Assembly: GCA_051362555.1 (NCBI GenBank)
Contig: CM120647.1
Span: 8,060,001 to 8,124,000, forward strand
Length of the DNA: 64,000 bases
Reading direction: 5' to 3'
From: Lingula anatina
Taxonomy: Eukaryota; Animalia; Brachiopoda
Position 1 is the stretch's first letter, and every line of letters starts with the position of its first letter. The notes under the pieces are model-generated. The model did no database searches. It had not been told where the DNA came from and saw only the letters and a program-made list of their open reading frames with translations. Both the position numbers and the translations under genes were made by a program. Below are positions 26,301 through 37,833 of this stretch, one piece after another.

Positions 26301-27971
26301 TGGGGATGGGTAGGATATTTTGTTTATTCATTTAATGGAAAAATTCATTAACAGATTAGAAAAATTAACTTGATGGTTAATGTGCACTCGTACTCTGATT
26401 TTGTTGGAAATAAAAAATATGTTCACACAGTTTATAATTTGACTAGTAATGTGGCCATGTAGATTTAACTATCATTTAATTATCAGCCTCGGAAATCTTG
26501 ACCTTCAGTCATCTACGCCGACCCCTAGTATTTCGCAGTTTTACAACGGGAAAAGACCCAAACAATACAACAATTAAATATACGCTTTGATTATTTAGTT
26601 TTCACCATGTGTTCATGAATTTTTTGTCGTAATTAAGTTCTGATAAAGCAGTTCTCGCTCTTGGGACTCCCCCAAATTTTAGCGAATATTATATTTTGAT
26701 GTTCAAGGTCAGTCGGGAATGGCGCACCCAGTACACGTACACGGCCACCACTTCCACGTACTCAAGATAGGCTACCCAAATTACGACGCCAACTTCCGGT
26801 ATCTGTCCGATACCGACGATATAGTGTGTGATAACACTTCCTGCAGCAGCGCTCGGTGGAATGACTCCACCTGGGATGACTATCGAGCGTGGAACGGTAG
26901 TTTTAGTTCTGACACAAATGACACTGCGAATGCTACGTCTGAACCGTGGATTCCCGAAATGAATGCTGTCGACCCCCCGTTGAAGGACACCGTGATCGTC
27001 CCATTTGGCGGTTACGTGGTGATTCGCTTCAAAGCTGATAACCCAGGTAAACTTTACTATTTTTGAATTTGACTGAGGTGCCTTTGTGGCTAGGGTTTAA
27101 CCAAAGCTGGGATATATTCTGTGCTTGGGATATACAGGTATGACCGACGTCGTTAACCGAAGACGGAGACAAATAATCCCAACGGAGGGTTGAATCAACC
27201 CAAGAGGTGACAAACCCCAAAATCTATAGCTGCTCTGGTGCACGTGCGATTACGGAATTTAAAGACGACTGAAAATAATTAGGATTAAGGAATTTTTACT
27301 AGCATATCTAGCTCGTGTATGGCGGAGTTCGTGGACCAGGAGGTCTGACCGTCAGCTCGTTAAAATAGTTGACCTCACGTGGTTAAAAGCACACCGTGGT
27401 CAATGATCAGCAAGCAAATGCTATTAAATGATTCGACAGACAACTGAGTGCTCTGTTCACATCATGATCGCTTATAGATTATCACCGACGACCTATTAGC
27501 GCAGTTTACTTGAAAACACGAACTCGATGTAGCAGTTGTCTTTTTGAAGCAATAAGCAAGCGATAAAAATATCACATCAGTTTTTATTAAATTTCATCCC
27601 AATTATTTATTTAAATATACAGGTTAATGACGTACGTGTAATATTATGTTTTATAATATAATTGTTTCCCGTTGCTAGGTTGGTGGCTTGTCCATTGCCA
27701 TTTAGAGTTTCATCATTTGGAAGGCATGGCCATGGTGCTACAGGAAGGTGAACCATCAGAAATGCCCCCAGTGCCCAGCAAAATTCCGAAGTGTGAAGAT
27801 TTTGAAATGAGCGACAAAGAGTTTGAAGATGCCCTTAACTGGGAGACAAAAGAGGCTTATACAGTGACGCCCAGTACTGCCAAAAAATCTGGCGCAGCAC
27901 TGCCTCATTTGCTTTATTCTCTCCCTCCACTGATGTTTGCTGTATGTGTCGCATATCTTTGGTACATGTAG
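16407..27971 (+). CDS. Laccase-like multicopper oxidase, copy B (tandem paralog); 13 exons: 16407-16698, 16907-17007, 17214-17359, 18960-19062, 20925-21156, 21907-22052, 22713-22916, 23111-23247, 24580-24728, 25122-25186, 26183-26309, 26708-27046, 27679-27971
   Basis: Same exon/phase structure as copy A, with only in-frame indels seen. Motifs [20 protein letters not shown] and [15 protein letters not shown]. Introns and flanks align with copy A. Confidence 0.95.
17549..18823. repeat. ~1.2-kb interrupted (GT)n microsatellite followed by (GA)n, intron 3 of laccase B
   Basis: Directly visible. The equivalent site in laccase A (1808-1872) has only about 40 bp of GT plus a short (GA)n. Confidence 0.97.
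19445..20426. mobile_element. Non-autonomous DNA transposon with ~110-bp TIRs (CAGGCC...GGCCTG) in intron 4 of laccase B
   Basis: Long inverted repeats (caggccttcccaactaccagactc... / ...gagtctggtagttgggtaggcctg) flanked by TGTTA on both sides. Empty site in laccase A near 2992-2999. A partial second copy lies at about 23817-24016. Confidence 0.85.
19852..20195. mobile_element. ~340-bp MITE (CAGGGG...CCCCTG), copy 1, nested in the 19445-20426 element
   Basis: Aligns end to end with 55952-56292. Flanks acgcgat/acgagat are a near-perfect 7-bp TSD. Confidence 0.8.
21446..21580. repeat. (CTA)n immediately followed by (TAG)n: inverted trinucleotide microsatellite
   Basis: Directly visible; the two halves are reverse complements. 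Confidence 0.92.
22145..22343. mobile_element. hAT-like MITE caggggcggatcc...aaatccgccactg (older related copies ~4098-4322 and ~21226-21444)
   Basis: Short TIRs and a tagtg duplication on both sides. The internal sequence gattcagctagtcaaaattctaat is shared with the intron-5 copies of both laccases. Confidence 0.7.
22452..22517. repeat. (AT)n microsatellite; other simple repeats include (AAT)n at ~2158, 13520, 36306, 48170, 61615, (GAATA)n ~6956-7001, (CA)n ~5838, 28372, 50506, and (AAAAT/AAAT)n ~9636-9725
   Basis: Directly visible. Confidence 0.9.
23411..24282. mobile_element. Non-autonomous Tc1/mariner-type element in intron 8 of laccase B
   Basis: TIRs cagacttgacatttaatatggaat / attccatatttaatgtcaagtctg with TA duplication. 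The empty site (gatataatgTAtttcaa) is present in laccase A near 5961-5976. Confidence 0.85.
25264..25721 (-). mobile_element. Probable solo LTR (Ty3/Gypsy-like) in intron 10 of laccase B
   Basis: TG...CA ends (tgttaca...tgttaca) and a 4-bp TSD taga. TATA-like and ATTAAA signals on the minus strand, plus an internal direct repeat. Absent from laccase A at the equivalent (GAATA)n site near 6956-7015. Confidence 0.65.
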
Positions 27972-28367
27972 CATAAAAACAATGGATGTATTTGTCTTTC
28001 ATTATTTATTTTGTAGACATTTCTTTTTATGGGACGTGACCAGCTGGACCTTATTACTTTACTGTATTGTACCATACTACACTGTATTATCTACAATTGT
28101 ACTTAATTGTGTTTTGCTGTAAATTTGATATGTGAGTGAAATCATGTTATAAGGAAGTGTTCAGTAGTACATGTATTTATACAATGGTATGTATTTCATT
28201 TATACTTTTGTCTATGGTTCATTTGATATTTGTTTTTGAACTGGTTATATGTACTGCGTTTTTTTTTTTTTTTTTTTTTTTTTTTTTGGAAAATAAAATG
28301 ATGCATATGTGTACATAAATTGCGTATAAATTGCATCAATTTGAAAACGCTTTGAAACCTGGTCTCC

Positions 28368-28415
<48 letters not shown>

Positions 28416-29511
28416 AAAAAAAAAAAAACTTATGTACTGTATCTAGTATGTCGAGTACCAAAATATTTCAAAAAACGTATATAAGTATATATGTTTTGCC
28501 GAATGAGAGAGGGAGGGAGAGAGGGAGAGTGAGAGACGTATGTTTAACAGTGATCCGCGTGTACCAGTCATATCACCATGTGTATGTGAAATGTGAAATG
28601 AGTTACATTTGCAATCCACAACTTATTTCGCGAAAAAGAACCCATTTTAATATAATTAACTGAAATAAACACCCGGCGGTATACATCAGCATTAGCCTGA
28701 AATAAATGTGTTATCTATGCACGGTTGCACTGTGTGTGTGTGTGTGTGTGTGTGTAAGTGTGCTGCAAAAACAGCATGTCGTGCAGTTTTTCAGTTACCA
28801 GGCTTGTCACATTGCACTGAAATTAGGCAAGTTTTGAGTCAGTGTGCACCATAGTTTACTTACGAACAAAACACAATCGTGATCCACCATTAACACATAC
28901 AGACACATGAATACAACTGAGTGATATATACGGAGCATGACCAATAACAAGCGGGTTGAACTCTCAAGAGGAAGACACGTTGAATACTTTGATAATTCTG
29001 GCATTTTATCTCTTTTACACACTTACTTTACACAGGAAATAATATGTGAACAGAGTAACTACATACCTTGGCTTTCTTAGTCCAAAATGTGCCCATAACA
29101 CAGCTTGATGCTGCAAATCGTACTAAGTATGTCCCATTTTGGTAAGCCATCCGATGCACATTTAAAACGGGGGCATAAGCAAGCTCACCAAGCTCAAAAA
29201 CGCAGCGCCTGAGCTATTCCAGGGGCACTTTTTGAACGAAGTAATGTTTGGCATTTTTAAATAAAATAACTCGGTTCTCATATTTTTTAATGTACTGAAT
29301 GTAAAACATACGAAATGACAGGGTTATCAACGCACTCAGGGAGTTCAACAATTTTGAATAAGACCCTCCCTTGCACAGATAACTAACTGTAGCAAAGAGG
29401 TTGGGTGTAGTGCTAATGGTTTTTATTTATGTGGTTAGTGTCTATAAATAAAGTAGCCCGTGTGCATCCAGAAGTTATGAGAATCACTCATTACTGTTTT
29501 CACCGGGCGAC

Positions 29512-32500
29512 ATGACACAAGCAACATGTTGGAAACTCTTCCGTGCCCTCTTGGGTATCTTAGAGACTGTCGTCTACACCTTCACGTTATTCGGGTGGCC
29601 TGCTTTCGTCTACATATTCATCGAGGAACGATTTTACGATGATCGCTGTTCTTTTGATTCAACTGCCAATGGCTCCGATTGCAAAGGTCTTGGAAACTGC
29701 ACCTTAGAAACACCAGGCAAGGACCGTGTTCAAAAGTGCGCGGAGCAAGAAGAGATGCTGAACCTAGTTTACACGGTTGCAATGGTCGGCTTGGTGTCCA
29801 CTCCCGTGCTTGGTTATGTCTATGACCACTGCGGGCTAGTTTGCGTGAGGATCCTTTCTATGTAAGTAATAAATATAATGTCATTATGTATAACAATGTA
29901 TTTATGGTGGCCGTTATGGTACATCGACAATAACAGCTTCGTCTTCTTTGTGCTCTATCCCCATCTCCCTCTCTCTCTCTTTCTCTCTCTCTTACCACAC
30001 ACAAACTGAAACGTACTCGTACTATAGGGTCCAATCTAGCTGCTTGCCCAGTTTGAACAAGGTTGTGTTCCGATGTTTGGTCAAATACCCTACGACCGAT
30101 TTTGTACCAGCTGGAAGGGTCCCATGCGTAAACACATAACTAAATGTTTTAACATAACATTTTAAATATCATAAACATACATGTATTATAGTGGTGTTCT
30201 AAAATAGCTTAGTCAGAACGGCGTTCATTTTACAATTTATTGATATTATAAATGCATTGAACATTTGCTAGCTTTATAGTTTGTTTAAATACCGAAACAT
30301 TTCATTGAAGTAGGCGCACTGTCCCTCCTTCACATAAAAAATCTTACGTCTGTGTAAACCCCTTCCTATGATTTTTGGTGTTGTTGCGTCGCGGGATTTG
30401 GTGTCTTAACATACAGAATGAAAACCCCAAGGTTCTCATTTTCACAGTTACATTTACAATTGACCTGTTACGACGGTGTTAAAATGTTTTAATCTTAACG
30501 GTATGGCTTAAACCTCTTTATATTATTGTTTTAAATCTAAAAACTTTGTACTTGTTCACACAGAAACAAATTTTGTCAAATGTCACAAAAATATCTGTCT
30601 AGGTTATTCTACTAGTTTTTTTAGTGATTTAGATAAACCAAAGACTTGTTTTGCCGTGGTTTCAGCTGACATCGCTTGATGTCATTGATTATATCTGTGT
30701 TTGTTCTGGGATCCCCACAGGATGAAGTTCAATTAAATAAACTTCATCCTCTGTGAAACAACCAAAGATATAGCCATTGTATCTAAATATAATAGCAGAG
30801 GATGATGTTAAATTGTAACTTAGGCTGTATTCCCAGAGCTTTTAGACCGATCTATCCCCACGGGGAGTCTCACTAGATTACTGTCAGATAATCCAGCTTA
30901 AATGTCCGTCCCGCCTACTACAAGCTGTAAGGGTGTAATTAACTTTCGTGTCCGCCCGGCTGACAGCTATTTAGCGTAAACCCCCAGGGAGTTAGATCGA
31001 TCTAAAGTAGATCGATCTAATCTCTGGAAATGGGGTCTTAAACTTCACGATGACCCACCAGTCCTACGGCTCATCGTTGCATGTTTATAGGGTTTGTTAC
31101 ATAGTCTAAAAAATCGGTAGCTTAACTGAGGTGTGATGCTATGCACACATTAATTGTGTTAATGAACTATTTATTTAAGTTTCATGCTGTGTATGCATTA
31201 TTAATGGTGTTTATAAACGAGTTACCTTAATGTATACAAACTTCTTTAAAAGTACACTTTCACGACTTTAAACAAGCATTATTGGGAAGTGTTTTAATTA
31301 CGCTTTCTTACAGATTGCATGTTTTTTGTGACATCTTTTAAAACATTAAAAACACACTTTCACATTTTCTGAAATCAAAACGGAATTATTGGTGGTGTTT
31401 TATGGTGTTTTCACTACATTCTGTGTTTGCCGGTCAAATCTTGTAGAGGGTCCTAAAACACATGTACGAACTTAATACTCGAACGCTGTACGTACTGGGA
31501 ATCGACACAGAATATATATAACTTACGGAAGTCTCGCTGAGTGCAAAAAACTTAACTGAATATCACGTCTCTTACGTACATGTACTCGTATAATCACCAC
31601 CTTTTCCGTATACTTCTCAACACAAAAAGGAGGTGTGTTTATCTGTTAAACTGATTGCATTCAGCGACAGTCCCCACGGAGTTAGATCGATCTACGTGGA
31701 CCGATGGTCCGTTGTCTATTGGGATATTAATGGGTCATATTAAGGGATACGCATTGTGACATTTGTTTAATCCTTGCTGTTTTCTTTAAGATGCCTGAGT
31801 GCTGGTGGGTTTCTGTTGATGGCATTAGCAGAGAGAGGTAAGGAGATCCCCACAGCACCTATTCGAATAATATAAGAATTTTAACTTACGGAAATATGTA
31901 TGGCGAAATTCCATGTTTACAGGGTTACTACTTAATATGGAATATTTTTTGTCATTGTTATTTTTGAGTGCTTATTAATTTTTTTTGCTTGATTCATCAA
32001 AAAAGTATGTCATTGAGTGATAAAAATATCCAGTCTTCTATTATGAGATATTTGGTCAATAATATCAAATCTGACATAAGATGTCATTCAAAAGAAAAGA
32101 ACACCCCCAAAAAACCATATCAACAGTTTGATGTCAGTGTTAATTTTAAGCTAAGATATTAATGAAAATGATGGCCTCTGGACAGTGTTATGTTTCACAG
32201 TCAAAGAATTCATTACTATAAATCATGAAAAGTCATCAGTAGCGGGTATGACCTCCAGCAGTCTCTTGCAGCGCCCTCATCCTACATGGCATTCCCTGTG
32301 ACAAGTTTTTTAGAGTTTGGATGGGGATATCATTCCATGTAGTGATATTTGCCTGTCGCAGTTGATCACTATTTACCGGCCGATGACCATAGCTATTAAT
32401 TATGTGAGTTACTTCCGCCCACAGATTTTCAATTGAGTTCATATCTGGGGAGTTCGCAGGCCAGGGCAGTTGCTGAACCCCTTGGTTTCGAAGAAAAACA

Positions 32501-35500
32501 GTGATTCTTCGAGCTCGATGTGGGGTTGCGCAGTCGTCTTGGTACACAAAGTTGTTCCCGAAGATGACTCTTACAAATTGAAGCATTGTTTGCTGTAGAA
32601 TGTCTCTGTGGGAACCCTGGCTGAGGTTGCCTCCTAGAAAACCCAACTGGTTCTGGGCACCGGCATGAAATGCTCCCCAAACAGAGACGTTACCACCCCC
32701 TGCTTGCACCCTAGGCAGTACACAATCATCGTTTTATGCCTCTCGTACACGCTGGCGGACACGGATTCGACCGTCAACCCTGAAAACTCCATATCTGGAG
32801 TCATCACCGAAAACGATATGATTCTAGTGTTTTGGCTGCAAACGCACGTGGTTCCCAGCCCATTGAAAAAATCACTGTATATGACCTGCTGTTAACAGTG
32901 GTTTCCCTACTGGTCTTCGTGCAAAATAACCAGCTTGCAGTAATCTCTTGTTCACGAGGGACCTTGAAACGGGCGTTTCAGTGACATTCTGCCAATCTTT
33001 TCTGAGGACACTGGTTGTCTTTGTACGACCAGCACGGCGCACTCTAAGGAGAAGGCGATTCTGCCTTTTTGGTGTGATGCGCGGACACCCTGGTCAAGGT
33101 AATGGAGTAGGTGCCCCTGTTGTAGCATTTCTTTGGAGGACTTTACTAACGGTTCCTGATAAATGTTGCATTGCCTGGCAATGGCTGTCCGTTTCCGGCC
33201 ATTTTCTCTGAGAGCAAGGATCCCATAGTAAGCTGTGTTGCTAAGCTGTCGAACCATATCTTCTCTAATTAAAAACCTGTCAAGTTTCAGAGCGATTCCT
33301 TTGTTGCTTCTCTAAATACACTCCAAAGATTGGCCAAACCCATGCGTTTTTATACAAGGGCAGAAATTGCCGAAAAGACCACCCTTCACATTTCTGACCA
33401 CAGAACATGCAACTGCATGCATCAATTGTTTCGAGAGTTGCGTGGTAATTAGGTAACACACATGGCTACACATGGAGTGACACCTCAGTTTTGGATGTAA
33501 AGTATAGTTAGAGAGAAAATGAATATTTTGTAGAAAATTTACTCGCCAAAAAATAATATTCCATATTAAGTAGTGACCCTGTATTATTACCCTGTAAGAC
33601 AGGTAAGATAATCTTCTGACAGTCCTGAACTCTGCCTATTTGATGTTAAAATGGCCTAGAAAAGAACCTTAAACAACAAGTATTCTGGGTAAAAACCGAA
33701 ACATAAAAGGGATTGGGAAAATCAAGAGACACTGAACTTTTTCAATTTTTATAGGAACAGAATGGCTCCTTTTCCCTGGGGCTGTATTCCACCTGCTTGG
33801 CGGCTTCCAGTTGACAGTAACTGACGTCCAGGTGGCCGTGTTATTTCCCAAGGCACAAGCAACACTCACCTGTTTGATTTCCGGTGCCTCAGACGCCAGC
33901 GGTTTTGTCCCTACACTAATAAAAGTAATACCCTAGCAAAAACTAACGTACAACACGGGGAGTTGTGAGTGCAGTTCGTCTTTGTGTAAATCCTGCTAAT
34001 AGCAATTCCAAAAATGAAGATCACTTACAGAAATGATGTAACAATTTAAACAGTACACTGTTATAATAATAATATTTAGTTAAGTCCAGTTATCATGGAA
34101 GGCATGTCAAAAGTGACTCTTTTTCGTTTCAAAGCAAAGGATGACGATGCAGATGGACTGTTATGCATCTCGAACCCAGCAGGCAAACGACGTTGATTCT
34201 ACGTTGATTCAACGTTGATCCACCAAATTAACGTTGATTCAACGGTGAATCAATGTCGTTTGTCTGCTGGGGAAGCAAGTGCTAATCAGCATATGAAGTA
34301 ATATACGACAAAACAACTCATTTGTCTGTCTTCAAATTTTATTTAAATACTTAAAATGCAAACTGAAATGTCTTGTTTTGTCACTTATTTTAAATTCTTT
34401 ATAAAATTTCAGATGGCGTACCAGGCCGGAGTGTCGTACAAGACGTGCATGTTCACCTTTACCGGTATCATACTTCTTATATCTTCTGTCAACACATTCA
34501 CCCTTCCACCTAGACAGGACGACGACGGGAACAACGTTGACGTTGCTTGTTGCTTAAAGATATGCAAACGGCTATGCAGTGCAAATATACCCCCGAAACC
34601 AAACAACGGAACTGGTACAAACGTCGATGAAACTGCCGTGTACGAATCCGCTACCAACGAAAAAAGTAATGAGTACCAAACCATGGAACAAGGTTGGTCA
34701 AACGCAGCATACGTGCCTGATAATGTAAACTTAACTCCTACACTGGAACCATTCTGTCCTATAAACCAGGAAACATGCGACGTTCATTCCATTAAAAATG
34801 CCATTCCAGCCTTGATTAGTAACGGTAGAGCAGGCGGGAAGGCACCTCAGGAGAGAGCCAAAGAAGTTGATGGTCAACATTATCTTGATGATATCACCTG
34901 TTGCCAACATAAGGACAATGTCAATCATAATGAAACGTGTGTCGACGAAAGTCCCCATATGGTGTGCGAAGTAGAAAACTCTATAAGAAAAGAAGACGCC
35001 AGGAACACAAACTCCGGTTTACTCTATGGTACTCTAGTTATATTCAAAATCCCCACATTCTGGGTGCTGTTGCTGTGGCTTTTATGCCAGGACGCCCTTA
35101 TTATTACATATCAAGGGAGTTTTTACGCGATTATCAATTACTACGGAAAAGATGACAAAAGTAAAGGTAATCCATTTAAGTGTATATTATTAACACGAGA
35201 TTTATGTATGATCTCTCTCTCGATCTCTTCTCTCTCTCTCTCTCTCGCTCGCTGTGTATGTGTGTGTGTATGTGTGTCCCTTTCTCCTTGATGTCAATTC
35301 CCATTTTAATCTTAAAGTTATTACGACTCAGAGGAACAACAAGGAATCGTTATTCTGTTTCAGTAAGTACGTATACGGACGTGTATTCTTGGTTCCAAGT
35401 GGGTTCTCTGTTCTGGGCATTGTTGGCTGGTTTGATGCTGGATAAACTTGTTGCCAGGACAACCAAAGACGGTAATAATCAAGAATAAGATACAAATTGA

Positions 35501-36305
35501 GCTATAGGTGAAACTGTGTTTGTATTGTAGATTTTATTTGTGATTTCGTCTTCCAACAAAATGCTAAAAATTGTTCATGCTATTGCCTACACATTTGTAT
35601 TAAATATGAATCAATGCCCATACAAGCTATTGAAGACCCGCATGAATCACGTGGGAATGCTTCTCCATTTTCCAGACAAAGGAGGATGCTTCATGGTTCC
35701 ATTTTTCCTGACGGTTTTGGCAGGATTAATTGTATCCATTGCCTCTATCGTCCCCATTATCGAGCTACAGTTTGTGGCCATTTTGTCTCACTCCGTTTTG
35801 AAAACCGGGAGTTACGCCGTGCATATGGCATTCGTGGCCTCAACGTAAGTAAAATTTGATTTAACCATGTACATGTACATGTACCTCTAAAAAGTATAAA
35901 TATACTGCCCAAAGGTTATTGTTTAAGAAAGATTCAACGAGAATAACTACAGAGTATCATGTGAGGTATTTTGTAAACATATACGTAAGTTAAGTAACAT
36001 CGTGCATACAAATTGTAGATGATGAACTCACCTTTACCGGCAAAACATTTAATTTATAGGTTTCCGAGGGAGCATTTTGGCAAGACATACGGGATACAAT
36101 ATGCCGTCAGCAGTGCGTTTAACTTTATTCATTATCCAATATTTTCCTGGTACAAGCATAGCCTGGGAAGTGACCCATTGTGGGTATGTACGAAGACGCT
36201 TGTTTAATTGCGTTTCTATTAGATAAGATAAAATAGAAGGAAATGAGAGTAGGTATAGACTGAGTAGACCAATTCTGCGAGGCCTCTCGCTGAAAAAAAA
36301 TGGCG

Positions 36306-36353
<48 letters not shown>

Positions 36354-36540
36354 GCAGTTGGGAGTACTGTTCATTGGAATATGCCTCACGGCCAGTTGTT
36401 TGCCTTTCTACCTCCTCTGGCGTCGGTGTCGCTCGACGATCTCTTACAGCAGTACGCATACATGTACGATAACAGCCAATAACGTTTTCAATAGTGATGC
36501 TATGGTGACATCACCGGATAAGACGAGTGATGAACTGTAG
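29512..36540 (+). CDS. SLC43-family (LAT3/LAT4/SLC43A3-like) MFS transporter, copy 1; exons 29512-29861, 31791-31837, 33755-33924, 34413-35166 (possibly split by a 144-nt in-frame intron), 35364-35471, 35676-35844, 36060-36183, 36358-36540
   Basis: SLC43 signatures: GILE...FGWPAFVYIF.EE.FY..C, C.EQEE.LNLVYTV, LGYVYD..G, LFP...ATL..LISGA.DAS, FPREHFGKTYG. Multiple hydrophobic TM segments; splicing is in frame. Confidence 0.9.
30823..31037. mobile_element. Harbinger-like MITE rich in agatcgatct palindromes (other copies ~50991-51215, related ~58259-58507; fragments ~31660-31705, ~44340-44420, ~53135-53212)
   Basis: End-to-end similarity between 30823-31037 and 50991-51215, imperfect TIRs (cattccca.aga...tctctgg.aatg) and TWA-like flanks. 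Confidence 0.7.
31920..33581 (-). mobile_element. Full-length decayed Tc1-type DNA transposon in intron 2 of SLC43 copy 1
   Basis: TIRs cagggttactacttaatatggaatatt / aatattccatattaagtagtgaccctg with TA on both sides. Fragmented transposase on the minus strand (about 33257-32236): GGGNVSVWGAF, YQDDCATPH, WPANSPDMNSIENLW, GGHTRY. Frameshifts and stops are present. Confidence 0.92.
34175..34271. mobile_element. Tiny fold-back MITE (cccagcaggcaaacgac...gtcgtttgtctgctggg) with internal acgttgattc repeats
   Basis: ~25-bp TIRs, GAA on both flanks, and subterminal repeats suggestive of CACTA/EnSpm type. Confidence 0.65.
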
Positions 36541-37833
36541 ATATCTCTACTCTCGCAACCAGATGATACACTTACAAATCTTAGTTGCTATAGATATATA
36601 TAATTATGCATCCTACCATCAATCGGGAATTACATGTATACATGTGTATCGCTTATGATGAATACATGAGACACGTGTGCCAATCGATAGAAATTATTTA
36701 CGTATATAAAAGAGAAAGATATCCTCATGTAGCCTATATTCAACAAGTGGAAATGTGTATGTGGCAAAAGTAATTGAGGCGTCTTTAAGTCAAAAGGATA
36801 ACTGTAACATGCACACGTAGTTAAATAGTATGTTTCATCGCTTCTCCCAAATTTAACATGTGTAATTGCATCAAATACGTATGTATATTCCGTAGCATTT
36901 GTAGCATGTTCTCTCTCTCTCTCTCTCTCTCAGAGGGGGAAGGGCGGCATTTTCTATACCACGGTGCGTGTTTTAGACAGATCAATCGTGTGTATAGGTC
37001 GTATATTGGAAGACTTCGTTCGGCCCTTGAATATTTATGTGGCACTGACAGTATTAAAATACTGAAAAGGGTATACCTTACTCCAGAATAAATTTGCTAG
37101 TCTATATGGTATCCATCGATATCGCTTCAGACCATTTCCATAATAACAGGTGTAGTTCATGTTTATAGATTTTGTTTAAGAAAGTCACAAGCAAGGATGT
37201 CGCAATTTAACCCGTTCCTTTTGACTGACCAACTCACCACAGTGGTATGAAAATGTTCCGGTCTCAGTCTTTAAGTTTTCAAATCATGACATAGAAACAA
37301 GGAATGTGATAGCAAAGGGCCCAAAAGTAGTTACTTGGGGTTTAAAACACTCCAATCATTTTTCAATTGTCAGATTGGAATAGCATGTTCATTTCTAAAC
37401 GTACTTTTCGGTCAGACCTTATGGAATATGTTATCCACTCCAGTACTGTGTGTGCTGGTGACGTTGGAGAAAGTAGACCATTTATCCTATCTGTAAGTAG
37501 ACCTGTTTTACGTCGTCCCTAATAGCACTTTGCATAGCCATTTACTTTAAATCATTGCGCATTCCTGACCTTTCTGACAATGAATATTTAAATATGTTGC
37601 ATCCAAGTTTTCAATTTTTAAATAAGGATATAATATGTAAGTAATAACTTATGGAAGGTTGCTGTGTGAGTCAAATAAGACGCCAAAGCACGCCAATAAC
37701 TGTACCAAGTACAACATGTAATACAAGCATGTTACTTATCTTAGTGTACCTGAGTAGGTGCATGTATTACTATAAGTTACGCGGGTACATACCAAATTAG
37801 CATACTAACTCATTTACATATCTGTTGGGCGAC

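Noticed and set aside
32236-33257. Active or domesticated transposase
   Set aside because: The coding region is broken over several frames with stops and has a degenerate DNA..H motif.
37825-37833. ORF-track start at 37825 for copy 2 (and other TTG/GTG/CTG starts in the track)
   Set aside because: Non-ATG start. The ATG at 37834 aligns with the starts of all paralogs.
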